24,000 nucleotides of DNA from an uncultured Clostridiaceae bacterium (GCA_964642045.1 CAZXLZ010000012.1:2820-26819), one strand, 5' to 3'. Shown: positions 1 through 7,959, numbered from the stretch's first letter. Program-made: numbers and translations. Notes: generated from the sequence alone by a model not told the origin.

Positions 1-2
1 TA

Positions 3-812
3 TCTGGATATAAATTTGATTTAAATTTACATGCAGTAGGTGAAATTATAGATGATAAATATGCATTATATGAAGTTCTAAAATCCAAGAATATTAATAC
101 TGCTGAACATAGAATAGTATATAGTAAAAATAATAAATTAGATTATGCAGTAGGATGTAATACATATGAATATGTAAAGGATTACTTTAGGGATAATAAA
201 AATAATATAGTATTAAAACCAAATAGTGGTACATGTGGAATTGATGTATATAATGTGAGTGATATAAATGAAATTAATAATATACTGGATAAATTATTTG
301 AAAAAAATCATTCTATTAGTATATCTCCATTTTATGACATAAAGCATGAATATAGGGTAATAATGTTAAATGGTAAGGTAAAGCTCATATATGTAAAAAA
401 GTTACCTATAGTAATTGGTGATGGAAAGAAAACTATAAGAGAGCTTCTTATTTCATTTAATGAGGGCTTTTTTATAGATAAATTACAAGATAAAAAGTAT
501 GACATAGTGCTTAAAGAAGGTGAAAGTTTTAAATATAATTGGAAGTTTAACTTATCTCAAGGCTCAGTAGCAAGAAGAGTAGAAGATAATATTTTGCTAG
601 AAAAACTATCTTTAATTGCAAAACATGCATCAGATGAAATAAATCTAAATTTTGGTAGTATTGATATAATAGAAACTGTAGATGGTGAATTCTTGATTTT
701 AGAAATAAATAGTGGTGTAATGCTAGAAAATTATATAAGACTTAATCCTAATGATTATCATATTGCTAAGGATATTTATAAAGAGGCAGTAGATAGTTTA
801 TTTGATAAATAA
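3..812 (+). CDS. ATP-grasp family ligase (RimK/glutathione-synthetase-like), partial; the 5' end lies outside the window
   Basis: The reading frame is open from base 3 (SGYKFDLNLHAVGEIIDDKYALYEVL...). So the gene starts upstream of the listed Met at 255. Motifs 'IVLKPNSGTCGIDVY', 'NLSQGS' and 'GSIDIIETVDGEFLILEINSG' resemble ATP-grasp nucleotide-binding and Mg-binding segments. Stop codon TAA at 810..812. Confidence 0.6.
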   Translation, partial: SGYKFDLNLHAVGEIIDDKYALYEVLKSKNINTAEHRIVYSKNNKLDYAVGCNTYEYVKDYFRDNKNNIVLKPNSGTCGIDVYNVSDINEINNILDKLFEKNHSISISPFYDIKHEYRVIMLNGKVKLIYVKKLPIVIGDGKKTIRELLISFNEGFFIDKLQDKKYDIVLKEGESFKYNWKFNLSQGSVARRVEDNILLEKLSLIAKHASDEINLNFGSIDIIETVDGEFLILEINSGVMLENYIRLNPNDYHIAKDIYKEAVDSLFDK

Positions 813-845
813 AAACATACCGATCAAATAGTGGTCGGTATGTTT
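813..845. terminator. Bidirectional hairpin terminator between convergent genes
   Basis: AAACATACCGA (813..823) pairs with TCGGTATGTTT (835..845) around an 11-nt loop. A-rich and T-rich tracts flank the stem. Confidence 0.6.
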
Positions 846-857
846 AAATTTTTATTA

Positions 858-1844
858 TTAACTATTCCTTTTTATGAAAGTGTCAGTATCAATCTCACCA
901 TCACTATCAAGAATTAAAACTTCTTTGTGAAGAGTTATATTAAAGAGTTCTTTTATTTTATTAATAGAATATGAAAATAGTTTAGCAACATCTTTATCGT
1001 TTGTATTTGTACCTGTTATAAAAAATCTGCTACCATAATCACTATATTTTGCACCATTATAATTACAATTAAAACAGTCATTTTCTCTTACTATATCTGG
1101 AAAAGATTTGCCTATTTGTTTTCTTAAATGTGCATTTGACCATAAAGAGCCTGCACATCCTTCTTCAAAACCAAATTTTAGTGAAGTACTTCTTTTATTT
1201 ATCTGTTCATTATATTTTTTCTTTACTAACTCTTTCCCAATAAATTCAGATTTTAATATAACTTCTTTTACAAAATATCTAGTTTTATATCTATTTTCTC
1301 TTTTTATAAAGCTATCTCTATCACCAAAGAAATTTTCATCAGGTTTAACTGTAATTTCTTTTCCTTCTTTAAAGTCATATAAAGTTATTTCTTGTACATA
1401 GTCGCTAAAGCTTTTTTTAGTAGGATTCCAACCAGAGTTACCAACTACTCCTGAACCAATCATTCCTGGGATTCCTGTAAAAGCTGCAAAATCATATCCC
1501 ATTTCCATTGTATAATTTACAAACTTTGATACTATAACGTTACTTGTAATTTTAAAAGTATTATTTTCTTTGTCAAAAATTATGGTGTCATTTTTAGGAC
1601 TAATATCTACAAAAAGGCCATCATAGCCATTATCTGTTATATATAAATTTGTATGAAGTCCAAATATTTTAAAAGATATATCTTTCTTGTATAGCTCATG
1701 AAGTGCATCTAAATCCATTTCTAAACCTTCATTAAATATTAACTGATAATAATATTTTGCATTTCCAGCTTTTTTCTTAAACCCATGTTTATTTGATAAG
1801 TTATAATCGCATTCTATTTTGTGACTAAAATTTACGTTTAACAT
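858..1844 (-). CDS. Divergent MurB-like (UDP-N-acetylenolpyruvoylglucosamine reductase family) FAD-dependent oxidoreductase
   Basis: 'FTGIPGMIGSGVVGNSGW' resembles the MurB 'GIPGxVGGAxxMNAG' motif. 'GCAGSLWSN' resembles 'PSAGSxFKNP'. The C-terminal pattern (NTNDKDVAKLFSYSINKIKELFNITLHKEVLIL) resembles the MurB C-terminal domain. Strong RBS: TAGGAGGAAATATG. Confidence 0.5.
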   Translation of the reverse strand: MLNVNFSHKIECDYNLSNKHGFKKKAGNAKYYYQLIFNEGLEMDLDALHELYKKDISFKIFGLHTNLYITDNGYDGLFVDISPKNDTIIFDKENNTFKITSNVIVSKFVNYTMEMGYDFAAFTGIPGMIGSGVVGNSGWNPTKKSFSDYVQEITLYDFKEGKEITVKPDENFFGDRDSFIKRENRYKTRYFVKEVILKSEFIGKELVKKKYNEQINKRSTSLKFGFEEGCAGSLWSNAHLRKQIGKSFPDIVRENDCFNCNYNGAKYSDYGSRFFITGTNTNDKDVAKLFSYSINKIKELFNITLHKEVLILDSDGEIDTDTFIKRNS

Positions 1845-1901
1845 ATTTCCTCCTAATTAATTACATAAAGATGATATCATAATATTTATTTTTATACAAG
1901 A

Positions 1902-1945
1902 AAAACACTACTAAAATATGTTTAATCATATTTTAGTAGTGTTTT
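1902..1945 (-). terminator. Rho-independent terminator with a 19-bp perfect stem, downstream of the lipoprotein gene
   Basis: AAAACACTACTAAAATATG (1902..1920) pairs with CATATTTTAGTAGTGTTTT (1927..1945) around the loop TTTAAT. A/T runs lie on both sides. Confidence 0.75.
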
Positions 1946-1950
1946 AAAAA

Positions 1951-2721
1951 TTATTTTAGGAAAAATTCCTCGGCTGTAATATCATTTATATAAAGATCTC
2001 CATTTTCAGTTAAGCTATATACAGCGCAGGCATTTGAAGAGTTTTGATAGAACCTTACTTTATAAAGGTAAAGTGAATTCATCTTTTTAGAAAGATCTTC
2101 TAAAAAAGCATTTTCAGCTATACCGTAGTTTTGATGAGTATAATCTTCATATGATTTTTGAAGTTCATCTAAGCTATCAGGAATTGAGGGCAAATCTTCC
2201 ATATATATTGAGTTTGATACTTTTAAATCTGTTTCATTACCATCTATAACAAGATGCATATCATGATTTGTCCATATTATGCTTATTTCATCATCTACTA
2301 TAACAAATCTCGGTTCATTCTCAATTTTGTCTTGAAATTTGATAAGTAAATTGTATGTTTCTTCTGATGGTGATTTAAATCCATCACTTAATGCTTTCGC
2401 GTAGGCAGCTTCAAAATTTCCATCTATTACAGTTGGTAATAACTGGTGATTAAAAGAGGGCTGTGTATTTTCATAGTCATCTATCAAATATTCACATGAA
2501 TTAAAAAATGTTTCATTGATAGCAGTGCTATAACTTTCTGTAGTTGTTTCTACAGGAATTATAGAGTGTGCTTCAGAAGTATAACTTTCATATACATCAT
2601 ATGAATTAGTAATTGCTATTTGCATATCACTATTATTTATAACAGTATTGCTGTTTGTACATCCTGTAATAATAAGCACAAGCGCTAAAACAATAGATGT
2701 AATAATAATTTTAGATTTCAT
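1951..2721 (-). CDS. Putative lipoprotein of unknown function
   Basis: The N-terminus MKSKIIITSIVLALVLIITGCTNS has a signal peptide and an L-I-I-T-G-C lipobox. RBS: TTGGAGGTAACAATTAATG. Confidence 0.7.
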   Translation of the reverse strand: MKSKIIITSIVLALVLIITGCTNSNTVINNSDMQIAITNSYDVYESYTSEAHSIIPVETTTESYSTAINETFFNSCEYLIDDYENTQPSFNHQLLPTVIDGNFEAAYAKALSDGFKSPSEETYNLLIKFQDKIENEPRFVIVDDEISIIWTNHDMHLVIDGNETDLKVSNSIYMEDLPSIPDSLDELQKSYEDYTHQNYGIAENAFLEDLSKKMNSLYLYKVRFYQNSSNACAVYSLTENGDLYINDITAEEFFLK

Positions 2722-2863
2722 TAATTGTTACCTCCAAATTTTTCAGTTTTTATTTGACCTAGTTTTAGTCAAATTACATTGTTTTAATTTGTGTAATTAT
2801 ATCATAATTTACATAAAATGTAAAGACCAACTTAAAATGAGTAGCAATTTTTGTATAATTTTG

Positions 2864-2893
2864 TTGATAAAAATAGACTTTTGTGTTATAAAG
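2864..2893 (+). promoter_or_regulatory. Candidate sigma-A promoter for the ABC exporter operon
   Basis: TTGATA (2864..2869), a 17-nt spacer, then TGt-TATAAA. It lies about 30 nt upstream of the RBS and ATG at 2924. Confidence 0.45.
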
Positions 2894-2923
2894 ATACAAG
2901 CGTAGATGTAAAGAGGAAATAAT

Positions 2924-4684
2924 ATGAAAAATAGTTTTTTTGGAAGAACTCTAAAAGGTGCAAAATTGTATTTAGCAAGTGCAATCATATTAAGTATTGC
3001 ATATTCCAAACTTTTGATATATGTCCCAATGTTTATAAAGTATGCTCTTGATGGTGTCATAATGGGAAATGAGAGTGTAATACCGTGGATAATAAGTAGT
3101 TTATTTTACTTAGATAATAAAGTATATAAAATAGTAATTCTTGCACTAACTTTAATAGTGGTCAACATACTTATATTCATTGTAAATTATTTAAAAAGCA
3201 AGGTTAATACAAAGTTTAATTTAAGGATAAACAGGAATGTTAAGAACATAATTTTAGAGCATATACCTAAGATAGAGTATATGGAGTTTAGTAAAATTGA
3301 TAAATCTAATGTAATACAAAGAGTTAATAATGATGCTGCTACATATGCAGAGTTTTTTAATTCTCAAATAAATATTTTCTTTGATACAATATTTATAATA
3401 ATATTTGCTGTAGCTGAGACTTTAAAATTAAATGTTACAGTTGGGATATTTATTGCTATAATTTGCATGCTAATAGTTATAATTTCAATTTGGTTTTTTA
3501 GGGTTTCTAAGCCTCTAGTAGAAGATACAGTTGAAATGAATAAAGAAGTAATTAATAAAACTACAATAGCTGTAGAAGAATCTAAAATGCTGAAGATATT
3601 TAACAGACAAGATAAAGAAATATCAGATTTTATAAATATGAATAATGAATATAAGAGAAAAGATATAAAGCTTGCAAGACTAAAAGTAATATACGGAATA
3701 ACAACACATAATTTAAGAAATTTTAAAGAGCCTTTTATATTGCTTTTTGGTGGAATTTTAGTTGTAAAAGGAGAGCTTACTTTAGCTGGAATATCAATAC
3801 TTTTAACATATAGTACAAAAATACTTGAGTATGTATATAAATCTGTGGATAAACTAAAAGAAATTAATGAATTTATAGTTGCATACAAAAAATTATCTGA
3901 TCTTATGAAGTTAGATGAAAATACTTGTGAAAATCCTTATGTAAGGCTAGATGGTAATATTACTTTTAAAAATGTATCAGTAGAAATAAATGGTAGTATG
4001 ATACTAGAAAACTTAAATTTTACTATTAATAAAGGTGAAAATGTAGCTATAATAGGAGATAATGGCTCAGGAAAGACTATCATTTCAAAAACACTATTTG
4101 GTTTTTATAATTATACAGGAGATATTTATATAGGTGAGAATAATATAAAAAATGTAAATAGAAAGAGTATTACAGACTATATTGGAGTAGTTCTTCAAGA
4201 TACATATCTATTTACAGATACAGTAAAAAATAATATAAATATAACAAATAGGAAAGTTAGTGATAAAAAAGTAATAGAGGTTTTAAAATTATCTGAAATG
4301 TATGAAGATGTTCTCAAGTTTGACGATAAGCTAAATTATATGATAGGAAAAGGTGGAAATAATATTTCAGGCGGGCAGAAACAAAGAATAGCTATAGCAA
4401 GAAGTTTAATTAAAGAAAATAGTTTTATTATTTTTGATGATTCACTATCAAAACTTGATACTAAGACAAAACTTAGTATACTAAACAATATTATAAAAAT
4501 GAAAATGGGTAGCATCATTATATCACATGATAAAGAAGCTTTAAAAAAATGTGATAAGGTTTTATTTATACGTGATAAAACTATAAAAACAGGGACACAT
4601 GATGAGTTAATGGAAAATGATAGTCTATATAAAGATATTATAGATGTCCATAATAATAAAATTTTAGAGGAAGAGGAAATATAA
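2924..4684 (+). CDS. ABC exporter half-transporter (fused permease and ATPase); the subunit carrying the degenerate ATPase site
   Basis: An N-terminal multi-TM domain is followed by Walker A GDNGSGKT, Q-loop VLQDTYLF and canonical signature ISGGQKQRIAIARSL. Walker B is IIFDDSLS, so Asp-Asp (4436..4441) replaces the usual Asp-Glu. H-loop is ISHD. RBS: AAGAGGAAATAATATG. Confidence 0.9.
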   Translation: MKNSFFGRTLKGAKLYLASAIILSIAYSKLLIYVPMFIKYALDGVIMGNESVIPWIISSLFYLDNKVYKIVILALTLIVVNILIFIVNYLKSKVNTKFNLRINRNVKNIILEHIPKIEYMEFSKIDKSNVIQRVNNDAATYAEFFNSQINIFFDTIFIIIFAVAETLKLNVTVGIFIAIICMLIVIISIWFFRVSKPLVEDTVEMNKEVINKTTIAVEESKMLKIFNRQDKEISDFINMNNEYKRKDIKLARLKVIYGITTHNLRNFKEPFILLFGGILVVKGELTLAGISILLTYSTKILEYVYKSVDKLKEINEFIVAYKKLSDLMKLDENTCENPYVRLDGNITFKNVSVEINGSMILENLNFTINKGENVAIIGDNGSGKTIISKTLFGFYNYTGDIYIGENNIKNVNRKSITDYIGVVLQDTYLFTDTVKNNINITNRKVSDKKVIEVLKLSEMYEDVLKFDDKLNYMIGKGGNNISGGQKQRIAIARSLIKENSFIIFDDSLSKLDTKTKLSILNNIIKMKMGSIIISHDKEALKKCDKVLFIRDKTIKTGTHDELMENDSLYKDIIDVHNNKILEEEEI

Positions 4685-4795
4685 AAGTGTTAAAAGAAAT
4701 TTTAAAAGACTATAAAAAGCAGGTAGTAAAGGTAGCAGTTCGGCTGCACCTTAGCTAGTATTACAATTGTTGCTTTTATAGCCTATACAATAGTA

Positions 4796-6379
4796 ATGGT
4801 AGAATATGCAATACCTAGTAAAAATATAAATTTAATAATTATGCTTGGCCTTAGTTACTTTGGCATTAATATCTTAAGAGCTATTTTTACATTTTTTGAA
4901 GATCTTACTTATGATAGCCTTGTAAAAGAAATTAGTGCAGACTATCGTGAGAAAATATATGTAAAATTGCAAAATCTGAATCAGAGCAGTATAGATAAGA
5001 TAAAAGTAGGAGAGATACTAGAAAATATAGTGAATGATACTAAAGAACTTCCAAGATGGTATACAACTGGAATATGTAGACCATCTTTCATGGGTTTAGT
5101 TAGGCTTATAGGTACTCTTGTAGTTTTAGCTTATCTAGATATACCAATCGTTATAATAACGCTCGCTATATACATGCTAGGCTTTTTTGTAGCACATATA
5201 TTTAATAAAAAATCTATAAAATATACTAAATTAAAAAGGGAAGCAAATGCTAAGATACTTAACTTTTCTAATGAGCAAGTGCAAGGTTGTTCGACAATAA
5301 AGGCACTAGAAATAGAAAAGGAAAGATTAAAAGAGTTAAAAGAGCTTTTATCAAAGTATGAAAAGGTAACTGATAAACTAGAAAAAAATATTAGAATATA
5401 TAACTGTTTATATGATTTTATAGTATCTTTTGTTGGAGTAACAAACATATTTATAGGATCTATTAGTGTACAAAGTGGTATAATAGCATATAGCGCAATG
5501 ATAATACTTGCAAGATATATATCATCTCCTGAAACTTATGCCAAGTGGGTAATAGAAGGTTTTCAGTATAGGAATGTTGGCAGAATATCTTATGAAAGAA
5601 TAAGAAATATTTTAACAAAAGAAGAGGAAAATGTTGATATAGGGGAAAACTTAACCAAAGTTGACACAATAAAATTTAACAATGTGAGTTTTTCTTATGA
5701 TGGAATAAGTAATGTTCTTAATGGTATATCATTTGAGGTAAATAGGAATGAGAGTATTGCTTTAATTGGTAGGACTGGAAGTGGAAAGACAAGTTTGGTA
5801 AATCTACTTTGTAGATTTTATGAAGTAGATAAAAATAATATGATTGAAATAAATGGAAGAGATTATAAAGATTATAGTATAAGAAGTCTTAGAAGTAAAA
5901 TAGGATATATAATGCAAAAAGTAGTAATATTTGATGGTACAATTTATGAGAATATAAATTATGCAGATAAGGATATTTCTAAAGATGAGATAATAAGAGT
6001 TTGTAAAAGATTAAATTTACATGATAAGATTAGTAGCTTAAAAAATGGATATGATACAAAAATTAGTAGTGATACCGATATATTTTCAGCTGGTGAAAAA
6101 CAGTTATTAAATTTCGCTAGAGTTATGATATTTAATCCTGAAATAATAATATTAGATGAAGCAACATCATCTCTTTCATATAAGTCAGAAATGATGGTAA
6201 GAAAAGCAGTAGAAGAAATAACAAAAGGAAAGATTAGTTTTATTATTGCACACAGACTTTCTACAATCAAAAATTGTGATAAAATATTACTTATGAAAGA
6301 AGGATGTGTGATAGAAGAAGGAACACATGATGAGCTTATGAAAAAGCAAGGAGAGTATTATAATTTAGTTTGTGCATAA
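4796..6379 (+). CDS. ABC exporter half-transporter (fused permease and ATPase); the consensus-site subunit. The 5' end appears frameshifted and the likely original start is GTG 4687.
   Basis: Walker A GRTGSGKTS, Q-loop IMQKVVIF, non-canonical signature FSAGEKQ (6083..6103), Walker B IIILDEATSSL, H-loop IAHRLST. ATG 4796 has no RBS. GTG 4687 lies 3 nt after the upstream stop and behind GAGGAAGAGGAAAT, but that frame stops at 4756..4758. The main frame is open from 4736. Confidence 0.85.
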   Translation: MVEYAIPSKNINLIIMLGLSYFGINILRAIFTFFEDLTYDSLVKEISADYREKIYVKLQNLNQSSIDKIKVGEILENIVNDTKELPRWYTTGICRPSFMGLVRLIGTLVVLAYLDIPIVIITLAIYMLGFFVAHIFNKKSIKYTKLKREANAKILNFSNEQVQGCSTIKALEIEKERLKELKELLSKYEKVTDKLEKNIRIYNCLYDFIVSFVGVTNIFIGSISVQSGIIAYSAMIILARYISSPETYAKWVIEGFQYRNVGRISYERIRNILTKEEENVDIGENLTKVDTIKFNNVSFSYDGISNVLNGISFEVNRNESIALIGRTGSGKTSLVNLLCRFYEVDKNNMIEINGRDYKDYSIRSLRSKIGYIMQKVVIFDGTIYENINYADKDISKDEIIRVCKRLNLHDKISSLKNGYDTKISSDTDIFSAGEKQLLNFARVMIFNPEIIILDEATSSLSYKSEMMVRKAVEEITKGKISFIIAHRLSTIKNCDKILLMKEGCVIEEGTHDELMKKQGEYYNLVCA

Positions 6380-6395
6380 GGTAAAGAAAGAGTAT

Positions 6396-6436
6396 AAAAA
6401 TAAAGAATACTAAATTTTTTAGCATTCTTTATTTTT
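6396..6436. terminator. Bidirectional terminator between the ABC operon and the convergent NTPase operon
   Basis: AAAAATAAAGAAT (6396..6408) pairs with ATTCTTTATTTTT (6424..6436) around a 15-nt loop. Confidence 0.65.
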
Positions 6437-6441
6437 TTATC

Positions 6442-7125
6442 TTATTTATCACTCCATATATCTTTGTTTATAAACTGAGTAAGAGCCATGATAAAAGCAG
6501 ACTTTGTTAAATCTATTCTGGTAATTTGACCATTTGTTAAATTACCAATTCCGCCAACAGAACTTTTAAGATCTTTTTCGTCAAATATCTTGTCCATAAC
6601 TGTTCCAAGCTCTGTAGATATTATTTCATCTACATATTTTAAAGGAACAGGGTAGGCAGGACCTACGCCGACACTTTCATAACCGCTATTATCTTTTATA
6701 ACAGCAACGTTCATGATAACCCATTTTCCAAATAGGTTTACAATGCCTGATTCTACAGCTAAGAAATAATCTGCATGTAATTTGTGTTTTTTAGCATATT
6801 TAATTAGGTTATCTACACGGTTTTTAGCACCTTGATAAGTTTCATCATTAACAGGCTCATTACTTACACCAGAATCTACAGGGATGCCTTCTATTTCTAC
6901 AGTTTCAAAGTAGAGCTTGAAAGCTTCCATTGCTCCTTCTATTTTTCCAGGATTTTTGGTACCTATTAGAAGATTAGTAGTATGTATTAGAATATTAGTA
7001 GTAGGAAATGCCTCAATTCCTTCTCTTACAGGTGTAATATATAGAGGTTTATATGGTGGATCTGATCTTCTCATAGGTCTGGGTTTCCTCGGCAAAATAT
7101 GTCTTCTATCATGAATCATTCTCAT
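6442..7125 (-). CDS. Inosine/xanthosine triphosphatase-like NTPase (YjjX/DUF84 family) with an N-terminal ~50-aa extension. The extension is the third copy of the small-protein repeat.
   Basis: The ~175 C-terminal residues (LLIGTKNPGKIEGAMEAF...VDSGVSNEPVNDETYQGAKNRV...FLAVESGI...GGIGNLTNGQITR) match the YjjX-type NTPase pattern. No ATG, GTG or TTG occurs at the point where that domain begins. The N-terminus M(RM)IHDRRHILPRKPRPMRRSDPPYKPLYITPVREGIEAFPTT is paralogous to the two upstream small ORFs. The RBS AAAGGAG suits ATG 7119 (9-nt spacing) better than ATG 7125. Confidence 0.75.
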   Translation of the reverse strand: MRMIHDRRHILPRKPRPMRRSDPPYKPLYITPVREGIEAFPTTNILIHTTNLLIGTKNPGKIEGAMEAFKLYFETVEIEGIPVDSGVSNEPVNDETYQGAKNRVDNLIKYAKKHKLHADYFLAVESGIVNLFGKWVIMNVAVIKDNSGYESVGVGPAYPVPLKYVDEIISTELGTVMDKIFDEKDLKSSVGGIGNLTNGQITRIDLTKSAFIMALTQFINKDIWSDK

Positions 7126-7300
7126 TTTCTCCTTTTTCTTCTTTTTTATCTTTTAGCCTATCAAAAGTGGGAAATGCTTTATTTCCTGCTCTTGTAGGTG
7201 TAATATATGGAGGCTTATGATTTTCTTTTATTACAACTTTACTATCATCTCTACGTTGTAATCTACAATTATCCAAAGTATCATAATGTTTTATAGACAT
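7109..7300 (-). CDS. Small protein (63 aa), paralog B of the tandem triplet; function unknown
   Basis: Strong RBS: TTAAGGAGGGTAAGTATATG. The core HKPPYITPTRAGNKAFPTF is shared with the neighbouring copies. Differences between copies in conserved codons are mostly synonymous. The 3' end overlaps the start of the next cistron. Confidence 0.7.
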   Translation of the reverse strand: MSIKHYDTLDNCRLQRRDDSKVVIKENHKPPYITPTRAGNKAFPTFDRLKDKKEEKGENENDS

Positions 7301-7313
7301 ATACTTACCCTCC

Positions 7314-7505
7314 TTAACTGTTATTTTTAGTGCTAGTTATAGGATTAGTAGTTACATTTTTTAGAATTCTAGAAACAGGAAACGCCTTGTTTCCTTCTCT
7401 TGTAGGTTCCATATATTTAGGTTTGTGCATTTCTTTTTGTATAGGTCTTTCACGGACACTCCAAATTCCTTTACGAACTCCTTTAAAAGCATTGTAGTGC
7501 TTCAT
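7314..7505 (-). CDS. Small protein (63 aa), paralog C of the tandem triplet; function unknown
   Basis: I prefer the internal Met (MKHYNAFKG...) at 7505 over the ORF-track start at 7604. It lies 19 nt after the zinc-ribbon stop, follows AAAGGATGG, and gives the same 63-aa length as paralog B. The core is HKPKYMEPTREGNKAFPVS. Confidence 0.65.
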   Translation of the reverse strand: MKHYNAFKGVRKGIWSVRERPIQKEMHKPKYMEPTREGNKAFPVSRILKNVTTNPITSTKNNS

Positions 7506-7524
7506 AGTGTTATACCATCCTTTC

Positions 7525-7959
7525 TTACCTTGTAGGTAACTTTTCCCAATCACAAAATTCAGCAATTGGTATTTTGGAATATGTAAAAAAGTTACCATGT
7601 TCATCTTTAATTGCAGGGATAAGAGTAACCTTTAAGGTTTCATTTGATAAATCAACTATAAGCTGGTCGGTTTCTTCTACACGTATTCCAGCTTCATCAG
7701 GAACGAGAATTGATTCGGGATGTGGTACCATTCCTTTATCATTTACTTTCCATTTAGGACGAGGAATTCTTTTTCCAGTTGACCTTCCACGAACGAGTCT
7801 GCCGCACGAATCTTTTAACCAAATAAATTCATCGCATTCAAGCTCAGATTGCCTTTTTTCAGCACATTCAGCGCAGATAAGAGGAGCAGTATCAGAGTAT
7901 GGTCTCCAAAGTTTTACTTTTGATTTTCCACAAAGAGTGCAAGCATAAGAATTATCCAT
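7525..7959 (-). CDS. Zinc-ribbon (CxxC...CxxC) protein of unknown function; first gene of the operon
   Basis: The N-terminus MDNSYACTLCGKSKVKLWRPYSDTAPLICAECAEK has Cys7/Cys10 and Cys29/Cys32. I recognise no other family motif. A sampled 60-nt line (7741..7800) is 40% G+C. Confidence 0.6.
   Translation of the reverse strand: MDNSYACTLCGKSKVKLWRPYSDTAPLICAECAEKRQSELECDEFIWLKDSCGRLVRGRSTGKRIPRPKWKVNDKGMVPHPESILVPDEAGIRVEETDQLIVDLSNETLKVTLIPAIKDEHGNFFTYSKIPIAEFCDWEKLPTR

Noticed and set aside
1108-1401. Many ORF-track entries lie antisense to or inside larger genes. Examples: 1108..1401, 2648..2905, 2809..3060, 3364..3888, 4336..4518, 5131..5448, 5463..5669, 5959..6270, 6917..7114, 7574..7948, 10568..10995, 11977..12171, 12186..12386, 15239..15654, 15734..15931, 17941..18123, 20832..21089, 21476..21727, 22568..22801.
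   Set aside because: They lack ribosome-binding sites and have low-complexity Leu/Ile/Phe/Ser-rich translations typical of antisense frames in AT-rich DNA. Each overlaps a gene with clear family motifs.
2760-2830. Inverted repeats upstream of the ABC operon (AATTACA...TGTAATT and TTTACATAAAATGTAAA), considered as possible operator sites.
   Set aside because: Short A/T palindromes are frequent in DNA of this composition, and no adjacent regulator gene supports the idea. The significance cannot be assessed without a genome-wide motif count.
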